A model generated the notes under the pieces. It searched no databases, was not told the origin of the DNA, and saw only the letters and a list, made by a program, of their open reading frames with translations. Of a stretch of DNA of 64,000 bases, positions 1 to 8,765 are shown one piece after another. Each line of letters begins with the position of its first letter. Position 1 is the stretch's first letter. Source of the stretch: Coprobacillus sp. CAG:698 (GTDB taxonomy: Bacteria > Bacillota_I > Bacilli_A > ML615J-28 > CAG-698); NCBI GenBank assembly GCA_000431235.1, contig HF988729.1, positions 16,940-80,939 on the forward strand, written 5' to 3'. The position numbers and the translations under genes were made by a program.

Positions 1-1038
1 TTATCACTTTTAATGATATTGGCATATATTAATATCATTAAATATGATGAGAATAATCTTATAAAGCAAGTAAGTGAATTAAAAAAATACTTTTTGAAGA
101 TGTGGCCTCTTACAAATTTTATATACAATGGTTTTTATAATAAAAGTATACTAAATTTATTTATTTATGTTATAAGTTCATTAATTATATTATTTATTTA
201 TATAACTATTGTTTCTAAATATTTTGTTAAGTTTAATTCTTTAGAAAAAGAAAATATCCAAAAAAAGACTAAGCAAAATACTTACAGGCAAAAAAACTAT
301 TTTGTTTCACTTCTTTCGAAAGAACTAAAAATGTATACAAACATTCCCACATTTATAATAAACACAATGATTGGACCAATTTTATCAGTAGTATGCATTA
401 CAATTATGAGTAGTTTTATTGTGAGAAATAATTATATTTTTGGACTAGAAAAACTTGATCAATTATTATTAGATTTAAACGTAACAGTTAAAGAGTTTGT
501 TATAGGCCTTTTAGGTGTAAGCATAAATATGATACTTACAATTAGTCAAATAAGTTCGTGTTCAATTTCTTTAGAGGGTAAATCCTTAGGTATAACTAAG
601 TCGCTACCAATTTCTAAAAAAGATATATTTAGTTCAAAAATAATTTTTAATTATTTGATATTTGGGGCATTTTCATTTATATCAAGTATTTTAGTAATAG
701 TTATTCTTAAACCTGTATGTTATGTAAGTATAATATTATTACTATTATGTTTACTTAACCCATTAAGCTTTTCGGTCATAGGATTATTATGTAATCTATA
801 TTTACCTAAATTAAATTATTCAAATCCTTATCAGGTAGTAAAGCAAGGTTTATCTGTTCTTGCAAATATGATTGTTTCTTTAGTTTTAAATATTTTTTAC
901 TTAGGATTGTTTATTGCTATAACAATAGCAGTAAATACTTTAATAGGACTATTAGGCTTATTAGTAATAAGTATTATAACTTTTGCAATAAGCATATTAG
1001 TCTTAAAAAAAGAGTCTTATAGATTTGATAGTCTTTAA
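1..1038 (+). CDS. polytopic membrane protein, 5'-partial (frame open to window edge); possibly an ABC-exporter-type permease
   Basis: ORF track 13..1038. No in-frame stop between nt 1 and 13. Series of hydrophobic helices and no soluble domain. Family assignment is a guess. Confidence 0.45.
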   Translation, partial: LSLLMILAYINIIKYDENNLIKQVSELKKYFLKMWPLTNFIYNGFYNKSILNLFIYVISSLIILFIYITIVSKYFVKFNSLEKENIQKKTKQNTYRQKNYFVSLLSKELKMYTNIPTFIINTMIGPILSVVCITIMSSFIVRNNYIFGLEKLDQLLLDLNVTVKEFVIGLLGVSINMILTISQISSCSISLEGKSLGITKSLPISKKDIFSSKIIFNYLIFGAFSFISSILVIVILKPVCYVSIILLLLCLLNPLSFSVIGLLCNLYLPKLNYSNPYQVVKQGLSVLANMIVSLVLNIFYLGLFIAITIAVNTLIGLLGLLVISIITFAISILVLKKESYRFDSL

Positions 1039-1106
1039 ACTATAGAAAAAAATACCAATGACAAAATCAAAAAAAGATGATATAATTAAACAAAGAGGAG
1101 ATGTTT

Positions 1107-4076
1107 ATGAACAAATTACATGCTTTAAAAATATTTGTACTAATGATAGCATTAACTTTTGCTATTCTATTAGTAGGTTGTGATATATCAAATACTAATA
1201 CATATTATGTTAATTTTCTAGTTAACGATAATGTATACAAAACTATAGCAGTGAAGGAAAATGAAACAATAGATAATGAGATCTTTAAAGAAATAAAGCC
1301 AGCCATAGATGGATATGAATTTAAATATTGGCTTGATGGTGATGACAAATTTGACGAAACACAAAAAATAACTAAGGATTTAAATTTAAAAGCATATTTT
1401 GAAAAAGTTACGGAAAAAGTTGTTATAACAATTGTAAGCAATAATGAAATAGTAAATACAATCGAACTAGAAAAGGGACAAAAGCTTTCAAAACTAGATG
1501 ATTTAGTTTTAGAAGGATATGTCTTTAAAGGCTATTATCTCGGCGTAGAACTTTATGACTTTGATGCTGATGTAAATGAAAATATAACATTAACTGCAAA
1601 ATGGGAAAAAGAGGCTGAAAAAGACATAACAGTTAAATTATACGATGGTGATGAACTAATTGACACTATAATCACAAAAGCAAATGTTGAAGTTTCTTTA
1701 AAGAAGCTAACTAAAGAAGGATATGATTTTGTGGGATGGAGTTATTTAGAAAATGTTTATAATGATAAAATTATTTTATCAGAAGATGCTGTTTTAAATG
1801 CTAAATGGGAAGTACATTTATATACAATATCTTTCTATGATAAAGATAAATTAATTGAAACTAGAAAAGTAGAACATGGAAAAGATTTATTAGATATACC
1901 AACATTTGTGAAAGATGGTTATGAATTTATGGGTTGGGATCAAGAATTAGTCAACATAACAAGTGACTTAATTGTATATGCTGATTATTATGCACTTGAA
2001 TATATGATTACATATCATAACTGTGATAAGACTTCAAATGTGAGAAAATATACGATTGAATCTCGTCCTATAGTTTTATCAGCTGCTGAAAAAGAAGGAT
2101 ATGTCTTTGGAGGTTGGTATCTTGAAGATAACTTTAAAACGAAAGTGGAAGTGATTGAAACTGGAACTTTTGGAAATTTAAATTTATACGCAAGATTTTT
2201 GAATACATATAGTGTATATTTCTCATTAGATGGTGGAGATTTTTCTAGTGATGTTATTGAAAGTTATAATTTAAAAGCTAATTCTACAGGAGAGTTTGTG
2301 ATTACACAATACAATACAAATTATTGGGAATTATACAAAGATAATATATTCTTAATGAAAAAAGAAAATGATCCTAAAGCAATATATTCGTTTAGAGTTG
2401 GACTAAAATATGCGGATGGTTCATTTGTTATAACTAGCCTTGTAAAGTCAGGTGGTAGTAGTAATGATTTGGGTGATTGTGATTACGTTATCGTAGTTGC
2501 TGAATCTAATACTGCCGGATGCAAAGAATTAAACTTTAATAATCTAAAAGTAGGCTATAAGTTATCAATAAATGTAGACATAGCATCTTTAAGTGAAGGG
2601 GCTGTAAATTTAAAAACATTGCTTTTCAATGACTCGTTAACTGAATACAAAGGAAACATCTTAGAAGAACAAATCCTTCCAACACCGAAAAAGAAAAGAT
2701 ATATTTTCAAAGGTTGGATGACTTCAGAAAATGAAATAATCACAAAAATAAATAATTCTTCAAGCAAAGAAATTATTCTTAAAGCTTTATGGGAAAAAGC
2801 TGAAGGCACTACAGAGTACGAAATAGATATGATAAGTGATGAACTAATTGAAAAAATAGGACGAGTTGTATCTAAAAACATTGAATTACCTACTTATATC
2901 GAAGAATTCAAAGCAACCATAAAATGGACGACATCTGATGAAAATATTATTTCATCAACGGGTGTTGTTAAGAGACCATTTGGAAGTAATAAAACATGTA
3001 CATTAACTATGAGTATAACAATAAAAGAAATTACTCAAGAGTACACTGTAACAGTTTTAGTACCTCGTGGATACAAAGATATATCTAAAGGAGGAATTAT
3101 TGCTGGTTATAACTATACATCTATAACACCAAGTGATGTAACTTTACGAAAGGTAGATATTTTATATTGTGCCTTTGGAAATGTTGGTGCTAATGGTCAT
3201 ATTACTAATTTAAGTTCTATAGGTTCATATCTTAAAAATTATATTGATAAGGCTCATTCATATGGTGATTATGTAATATTATCATTAAATACATCAAATC
3301 TTGCTATTGCCGCAAGCAAGCAAGAGACAATTGATGTTTTAGTAAAGGATTGCCTAAAAGCTATTAATAATTTTGGGTTAGATGGTATAGATGTTGACTG
3401 GGAAACACCAACTCAAGAAACAAAAGAGAACTATACTGCTTTGATGAAATCTTTATATACTAGAGTAAAAGCAAATAATCCAGAACACTTAGTAACAACA
3501 GCAACAGCTGCAGGGCCTTGGCAATATCCACGATTTGATTTAGAAAATTCAATCAAATATATTGACTACATTAACCTGATGGCATATGATTTACAAACAA
3601 ATTCTAAAGCAACACATCAAAGCGCTTTATATAAATCAACACGTGGTTATACGCTAGGCAAATGTACAATTGATGAAACCTTACCATTATATAATAATGT
3701 TAATGTTCCTAACGAAAAAATAATTGTTGGCCTTCCATTCTATGGCAGGAAATTCAAAGATACTGATGGAATTGGTCAAAGTAGTAGTGCTGATGGTGCA
3801 TGCACACAAAGTTATATTTATGAAAACTATTTAAGTAAAAGTGTTGATGGTGTAACTATAGGTTTTGATGATGAATGCAAAGTACCTTATATTTATGATG
3901 CTAATAAGAGACTATTCATATCTTATGATGATGAAAAATCAATAAGGATAAAAACAGAATACATTTCTATGAAAGGTTTAGCTGGAATGATGTATTGGCA
4001 AGATGGTCAAGACTATAACAATAAATTATTAAATGCAATTTATGCAAATAAATCAACAATGAAAAGTACACGATAA
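1107..4076 (+). CDS. surface lipoprotein with tandem Listeria-Bacteroides-type (Flg_new-like) repeats and a C-terminal GH18 chitinase/endo-beta-N-acetylglucosaminidase-like domain
   Basis: Signal peptide plus lipobox LLVGC. Five tandem ~65-aa repeats with a GY.F.GW...A.W pattern, plus a sixth copy further on. GH18 catalytic motif DGIDVDWE at 3381-3404. ATG 1107 is better spaced from RBS AGAGGAG (1094-1100) than ATG 1101. Confidence 0.8.
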   Translation: MNKLHALKIFVLMIALTFAILLVGCDISNTNTYYVNFLVNDNVYKTIAVKENETIDNEIFKEIKPAIDGYEFKYWLDGDDKFDETQKITKDLNLKAYFEKVTEKVVITIVSNNEIVNTIELEKGQKLSKLDDLVLEGYVFKGYYLGVELYDFDADVNENITLTAKWEKEAEKDITVKLYDGDELIDTIITKANVEVSLKKLTKEGYDFVGWSYLENVYNDKIILSEDAVLNAKWEVHLYTISFYDKDKLIETRKVEHGKDLLDIPTFVKDGYEFMGWDQELVNITSDLIVYADYYALEYMITYHNCDKTSNVRKYTIESRPIVLSAAEKEGYVFGGWYLEDNFKTKVEVIETGTFGNLNLYARFLNTYSVYFSLDGGDFSSDVIESYNLKANSTGEFVITQYNTNYWELYKDNIFLMKKENDPKAIYSFRVGLKYADGSFVITSLVKSGGSSNDLGDCDYVIVVAESNTAGCKELNFNNLKVGYKLSINVDIASLSEGAVNLKTLLFNDSLTEYKGNILEEQILPTPKKKRYIFKGWMTSENEIITKINNSSSKEIILKALWEKAEGTTEYEIDMISDELIEKIGRVVSKNIELPTYIEEFKATIKWTTSDENIISSTGVVKRPFGSNKTCTLTMSITIKEITQEYTVTVLVPRGYKDISKGGIIAGYNYTSITPSDVTLRKVDILYCAFGNVGANGHITNLSSIGSYLKNYIDKAHSYGDYVILSLNTSNLAIAASKQETIDVLVKDCLKAINNFGLDGIDVDWETPTQETKENYTALMKSLYTRVKANNPEHLVTTATAAGPWQYPRFDLENSIKYIDYINLMAYDLQTNSKATHQSALYKSTRGYTLGKCTIDETLPLYNNVNVPNEKIIVGLPFYGRKFKDTDGIGQSSSADGACTQSYIYENYLSKSVDGVTIGFDDECKVPYIYDANKRLFISYDDEKSIRIKTEYISMKGLAGMMYWQDGQDYNNKLLNAIYANKSTMKSTR

Positions 4077-4077
4077 A

Positions 4078-4131
4078 AAAAGACGTCTATAAAGGGATAT
4101 ATCTAATATCTCTTATAGACATCTTTTATTT
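4078..4131. terminator. bidirectional hairpin terminator between convergent genes
   Basis: Long imperfect inverted repeat GACGTCTATAAAGGGATAT / ATATCTCTTATAGACATC, flanked by an A-run on the left and a T-run on the right. Confidence 0.6.
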
Positions 4132-4923
4132 TTTAAATCTTTGACGATAAGTACACTTCTTGCAAAGTTCTTCACATAAAATATTTTTAGTAAAACCATT
4201 TTTAATGTTAAGAAATCTTTGACTTGTAATTATATCTTTAAATGGTGTAGTTAAAATATTGCCTAAGTTTATAGCTCCATCTTTGTCAAGACAGCACGGA
4301 ACAACAGTTCCATCAGATAAAATACCAATATGGGTTTTAGTCCCTAGGCACGTTCCATTTATATCATAAGTTTTTGAATTTAAGTCAGGCCAGTCAAATT
4401 CTTCTTCGGAAGAAAAGAATACGTGTTCCTTAAGTTTATTTGATAAATTTAAATCAATTGTTCTTTGATAATGTTTTTCAAAAGGAATAAGAGCTTCATT
4501 TTTTGAAAAGTTACCCCAAAGTCTTAAGGAAATATATGTGTCAAAATCTTTCTCAATCAAAGCAAAGATATCATTATAGTATTTTTCATTATCTTTCAAA
4601 TTAACTATTGCTTGAAGTGATATATTAACTTGACGAACATATTTCATAATATCAAGGTGATTATGCAATAAAGTTGCATTCGTTGTGAGATTTACACTAA
4701 ATCCTTTATTATATGCAAGAAGGATAAATTTATCGATATCAGGATGCATAAGAGGCTCACCTTGAATATGCAAATATATATATTTTGTGTAGGGCTTTAT
4801 TTCATCTAAGATATGTTCAAATTCACTAAAGGATAGCATTTTTTTGTCTTTTGTAGTTTTAACACAAAATTTACAATTTAAATTGCAATAATTGATAATC
4901 TCTATATATATTTTCTTAAACAT
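4126..4923 (-). CDS. radical SAM / SPASM-domain protein
   Basis: N-terminal CNLNCKFC (CxxxCxxC) cluster motif. Cys-rich C-terminus (GTVVPCC...CEELCKKC) typical of SPASM/twitch auxiliary clusters. Confidence 0.8.
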   Translation of the reverse strand: MFKKIYIEIINYCNLNCKFCVKTTKDKKMLSFSEFEHILDEIKPYTKYIYLHIQGEPLMHPDIDKFILLAYNKGFSVNLTTNATLLHNHLDIMKYVRQVNISLQAIVNLKDNEKYYNDIFALIEKDFDTYISLRLWGNFSKNEALIPFEKHYQRTIDLNLSNKLKEHVFFSSEEEFDWPDLNSKTYDINGTCLGTKTHIGILSDGTVVPCCLDKDGAINLGNILTTPFKDIITSQRFLNIKNGFTKNILCEELCKKCTYRQRFKK

Positions 4924-4925
4924 AA

Positions 4926-5585
4926 TTATCTCTCATAAGAACTAGGATCAAAGAAATAAAAGTTTTGATAATAGTAAATATTTACATTATAACCAATTAA
5001 TGTGAAAGGGTCTTTTGTGTTATCATAGATAAGTTGACTAACGTATTCTTTGTCATCTAGTTTGCAGGTAATTTTATATGGAGTTGTACCAAATGTTTCC
5101 TCCTTTTCAATAAGTTCAATATTCGTTATTTTAAGTTTACGAATGTTTTTACATTCCATTGTAATTTTTACTTTATGAAAGTATTTATATATTTTAATAA
5201 TCTTCACAAAATAAAAAATAAATAAAGAAAGAGATAAAATAATAATAGTTATTGATAAGAAACCATTATTAGATAGGTAAATAAAATCAGTAGGATCATC
5301 CTTCATATAATATATGGTTACATAATCACCCACTGAGAACGAATCATCAACATTTTCGATGATGCCATCATATAATTTGTTCCCACATTTATATCTGATT
5401 TTTGCTAAGCTATCATCAGTGGTGTTGACAACTCTCAAAATTCGTGCTTCGGTTTTCGTCCCTAAAATCTGATAGTGCAGAGACTTACTATTTGATATTA
5501 TTCCAAAACTAAGGAATAACAAACTTATAAAGAAAATAATCCAGTTAAGAATAAGCTTAGGTTTAGGAATAATATAATTATTCAT
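4926..5585 (-). CDS. membrane protein, DUF3592-like
   Basis: ORF track 4926..5744, but upstream of codon 54 it runs antisense across a tRNA and its promoter. ATG at 5583-5585 has RBS GAGGTG. Two TM helices flank a small beta-rich domain. The stop lies 2 nt from the radical SAM start. Confidence 0.6.
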   Translation of the reverse strand: MNNYIIPKPKLILNWIIFFISLLFLSFGIISNSKSLHYQILGTKTEARILRVVNTTDDSLAKIRYKCGNKLYDGIIENVDDSFSVGDYVTIYYMKDDPTDFIYLSNNGFLSITIIILSLSLFIFYFVKIIKIYKYFHKVKITMECKNIRKLKITNIELIEKEETFGTTPYKITCKLDDKEYVSQLIYDNTKDPFTLIGYNVNIYYYQNFYFFDPSSYER

Positions 5586-5667
5586 GGTTTTCACCTCATA
5601 TAATATAATATTATACAACAAATATCCTAAAAAATAAATAAACATTGCAAAAAAATAAAAATAATAC

Positions 5668-5696
5668 TTAACAAAATAATTATTATATGGTATAAT
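5668..5696 (+). promoter_or_regulatory. sigma-70 type promoter (TTAACA-17-TATAAT with TGn extension)
   Basis: TTAACA 5668-5673, 17-nt spacer, TGgTATAAT ending 5696. It lies 10 nt upstream of the tRNA-Glu 5' end. Confidence 0.55.
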
Positions 5697-5706
5697 CTTT
5701 ACATGT

Positions 5707-5781
5707 GGTCCCATGGTCAAGCGGTTAAGACGAGACCCTCTCAAGGTCTAATCACGAGTTCGATTCTCGTTGGGATCACCA
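5707..5781 (+). tRNA. tRNA-Glu (anticodon CUC)
   Basis: Hand-folded cloverleaf. Acceptor GGTCCCA/TGGGATC, D-arm GTCAAGCGGTTAAGAC, anticodon stem AGACC/GGTCT with loop CTCTCAA, T-arm ACGAG-TTCGATT-CTCGT. CCA is encoded. Confidence 0.9.
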
Positions 5782-5813
5782 TTTTTTTATGTTTAGTGTT
5801 AAAGAGGATACCA

Positions 5814-6152
5814 ATGAATATATTAATAGGTTTTTGTGGACTAGATTGTGAGAAGTGTGAAGCACGAAAAGCAACTATAACTAATGATGATAAATTAAGA
5901 GAAGAAGTTGCCAAGAAGTGGAGTGAATTAAATCATACTTCTATTACAAAAGAAATGATAAATTGTGTTGGATGTCGTCTAGAAGGTGTTAAAACTATAT
6001 TTTGTGACACCTTTTGCCTAATTCGTAAATGTGCATCAAGTAAAGGCTTAAGCACCTGCGGGAAATGCCCAAACCTTGAGTTTTGTGATACAGTTAAGAT
6101 GATAGCAAACAATAACCAAGAAGCATTAAATAATTTAAAAAATAACTTTTAG
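5814..6152 (+). CDS. Cys-rich putative metal-binding protein, DUF3795-like
   Basis: ATG 5814 preceded by RBS AAAGAGGA. The track's 5' extension (5703-5813) overlaps the tRNA. Repeated CxxC motifs (CGLDCEKCEA, CVGC, CGKC). Confidence 0.65.
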   Translation: MNILIGFCGLDCEKCEARKATITNDDKLREEVAKKWSELNHTSITKEMINCVGCRLEGVKTIFCDTFCLIRKCASSKGLSTCGKCPNLEFCDTVKMIANNNQEALNNLKNNF

Positions 6153-6158
6153 TTTTAC

Positions 6159-6242
6159 GCAAGAATGGTGAAATTGGTAGACACGCAAGATTCAGATTCT
6201 TGTATTAGAAATAATGTGTGGGTTCGAGTCCCATTTCTTGCA
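6159..6242 (+). tRNA. tRNA-Leu (anticodon CAG), long variable arm, CCA not encoded
   Basis: Acceptor GCAAGAA/TTCTTGC. Anticodon stem CAAGA/TCTTG with loop TTCAGAT. Variable arm ATTAGAAATAATGT. T-arm GTGGG-TTCGAGT-CCCAT. Confidence 0.9.
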
Positions 6243-6256
6243 TTAATAAGTATTTT

Positions 6257-6283
6257 AGACCTTTTCAGGTCTTTTTATTTTTT
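6257..6283 (+). terminator. rho-independent terminator
   Basis: AGACC-ttttca-GGTCT followed by TTTTTaTTTTTT. Confidence 0.7.
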
Positions 6284-6360
6284 AAAACTACATTTGCTAA
6301 TAGGTGTTGTTTGTGGTATAATGAATTATATATGAAAATATTGATATAAGGGTGAAACAA

Positions 6361-7338
6361 ATGAAAAAAATGCTAGCGTTATTTCTACTTCTTATAGCTA
6401 TTGTTTGCAGTGGCTGTGTTTCAGAAAATGAAGAAGTAAAAACATATCCTTTACTTGACAATACAAATGAACCAACTATAGACTTTCTTCAGCCTTGGGC
6501 TTTTTACAATAAAACAAGCGAAGAATTAGATAAACATTTTGAAGAATTAAAAACAAGAGGATTTAAGACAATTATCATTCAGAATATATCAAAATATGAT
6601 AAAGGTGAACCTAAAGAATGTTTTTATGATTCAGAAAAAAGTTTTCCTTTAGAAAAAAAAGATTTTCTTGAAAAAGTAATAACTATATGTAATGAAAAAA
6701 ATATAAATGTTATTTGTGGGATTTCTTCAGATGATTATTGGTGGAGTCAAACATCTCATGAATTTGATGAAGAAACAATGAATATGTTTAATGAAGAAGA
6801 GACATTTACTATAGGTGAAATCTTAGCAAAATATAAAATTCAAGGTATTTATTATAGTAACGAAATGTATTCAAATAGCGAAGGCTTTATCAAAAGTTGG
6901 ACTAAAAACATTAATAAAATAATTGAATATATCGAAAAAATAGATCCAAAGATGCCTTTTTATTTATCTCCATTTAATTCTTCATTTTATGGAGGTTCTG
7001 AAAAACAAAAGTTATCTTTTTGGAAAGAATTCTTTCAAAAAATAAATTTTAGAAAATTTGATTATTTTTTACTTCAAGATGGATTTGGGGCTTTATCAAA
7101 AGATCCTACAACTAAAAAATGTGAAGATGTTTATAATCTTAATGTAAAAATAAGGTCACTATGTTTAGAATATTCAAAGGTAAATTTTGCTCTTAACATT
7201 GAACTTTTCGCTTCTAAAGGATTAGCAAGCGATGATAGAGTTAATTTGCAGAAGAAGTATGCTAACACTTTAGGTGATGTTATAGCATGTTTTTCAGTAT
7301 CTCATTATTATATAGAGGGTGGTAAAAATGAAGACTAA
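6361..7338 (+). CDS. lipoprotein, glycoside-hydrolase-like TIM-barrel family (DUF4434-like)
   Basis: Signal peptide with lipobox VCSGC. ATG 6361 follows RBS AAGGGTGA. Family call rests on overall resemblance only. Confidence 0.5.
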   Translation: MKKMLALFLLLIAIVCSGCVSENEEVKTYPLLDNTNEPTIDFLQPWAFYNKTSEELDKHFEELKTRGFKTIIIQNISKYDKGEPKECFYDSEKSFPLEKKDFLEKVITICNEKNINVICGISSDDYWWSQTSHEFDEETMNMFNEEETFTIGEILAKYKIQGIYYSNEMYSNSEGFIKSWTKNINKIIEYIEKIDPKMPFYLSPFNSSFYGGSEKQKLSFWKEFFQKINFRKFDYFLLQDGFGALSKDPTTKKCEDVYNLNVKIRSLCLEYSKVNFALNIELFASKGLASDDRVNLQKKYANTLGDVIACFSVSHYYIEGGKNED

Positions 7339-8710
7339 TGTTTTTGAAAGTGATAAAATTACAAAATCAATTATTGTTTTAGCTTTACCAACAATAGTAA
7401 GTCAGCTCATCACAACAATATATAATCTTGCTGATACATTTTGGGTGGGAATGCTCAATAATCATTTTCAAATCGCTGCTCTTTCAATTGTCTTTCCAAT
7501 ACAATTAACATTAACAGCAATTGGTAACTTATTTGGCTTAGGTGCAGGGACATGCATCTCCAATGCTATTGGAGCTAGTGAACATAAAAAAGCTAAATCT
7601 TCATCAAGTTTTGCTATTTATGTTGGCATTATCGTAACTCTTGTATTGTCTCTTTTTGTACTTTTCTTTAGTAATGTTACTTTAAATATATTAGGTTCAA
7701 CTGAAAAAACAAATGAATATGTGTTATCTTATTTAAAATATGTCGTTGTTCTTGGGGCTGTTCCTACGGTATTTAATATGATAATTGCAAATATGATTCG
7801 TGCTGAAGGCTTTTCACTTCAAGCAAGTATTGGATTATCAATTGGAGGAATTTTAAATATTGTTTTAGACCCTATATTCGTTTTACCATTTGGTTTTAAT
7901 ATGGAAATCAAAGGAGCAGCTATTGCTACATTAATTTCTAATGTTATAACAACAATATATTTTCTTATTCTCCTCATTATAATTAGGAAGAAGACAACAA
8001 TAAGTTTTGTTCCTAAGAGAATGTTTGAAACTAAAAAAATTGGTCTAGAGGTAATTTTTACGGGTATACCTTCGGCACTACAAACTATGCTTTCGGCAGT
8101 TTCAAACCTAGTTTTGAACTCACTTATAATTAGTTACGGGGAAGTTGCTGAAGCGGCAATTGGAATTACTAAGAAAGTTGATGCGATTCCGTTTGGAGTA
8201 ATCACAGGCTTATCACAAGGCTCAGCTCCTCTAATGGCTTATAATAATGGTGCTAAAAAATACGATAAGATGAAAAAAACTTTGAGATATTCATTAATAT
8301 ATTGTATAGCAGCGGCAATTATAATTCTATTAGCTATAGAAGTATTTGCAGATTCAATAATTAGTGCTTTTATAAAAGAAGAAAATACTATTCTTTACGG
8401 AACAAAATTCTTAAGATTACATTGTGTATCAATGATATTTATGTCTGTAACGTTTATGCTTGTATCTTTCTTCCAATCAATTGGAGCTAAAGTTAAAGCT
8501 TTTATTCTCTCGATAATAAGAAAAGGTGTATTTGATATTCCTCTAATGTATTTAATGAATACTATAATTCCAATGTATGGAGTTGTAGCGTGTCAACCTA
8601 TAATGGATTTCGTATCTGCTGGTGTTGCTATTTGTTTCTACTTTATTTGGAAAAAAGAACATGAACAAATGTGCTTAAATGAAGAAAAATTAATTGCTGA
8701 ACTAAAATAA
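7328..8710 (+). CDS. MATE family efflux transporter
   Basis: 12-TM profile. N-terminal LPTIVSQLITTIYNLADTFWVG is typical of MATE. ATG 7328 follows RBS GAGGGTGG. Confidence 0.85.
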   Translation: MKTNVFESDKITKSIIVLALPTIVSQLITTIYNLADTFWVGMLNNHFQIAALSIVFPIQLTLTAIGNLFGLGAGTCISNAIGASEHKKAKSSSSFAIYVGIIVTLVLSLFVLFFSNVTLNILGSTEKTNEYVLSYLKYVVVLGAVPTVFNMIIANMIRAEGFSLQASIGLSIGGILNIVLDPIFVLPFGFNMEIKGAAIATLISNVITTIYFLILLIIIRKKTTISFVPKRMFETKKIGLEVIFTGIPSALQTMLSAVSNLVLNSLIISYGEVAEAAIGITKKVDAIPFGVITGLSQGSAPLMAYNNGAKKYDKMKKTLRYSLIYCIAAAIIILLAIEVFADSIISAFIKEENTILYGTKFLRLHCVSMIFMSVTFMLVSFFQSIGAKVKAFILSIIRKGVFDIPLMYLMNTIIPMYGVVACQPIMDFVSAGVAICFYFIWKKEHEQMCLNEEKLIAELK

Positions 8711-8765
8711 TATATCCTAAAAAATATGTTAAAGTTTAATACTTTTTAAACTAGAAAGGATAAGT

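Noticed and set aside
5703-5813. N-terminal extension of the DUF3795-like ORF, and the 5586-5744 extension of the minus-strand DUF3592-like ORF.
   Set aside because: Both extensions run across tRNA-Glu and its promoter. Internal ATGs with proper RBSs (5814 and 5585) give sensible proteins.
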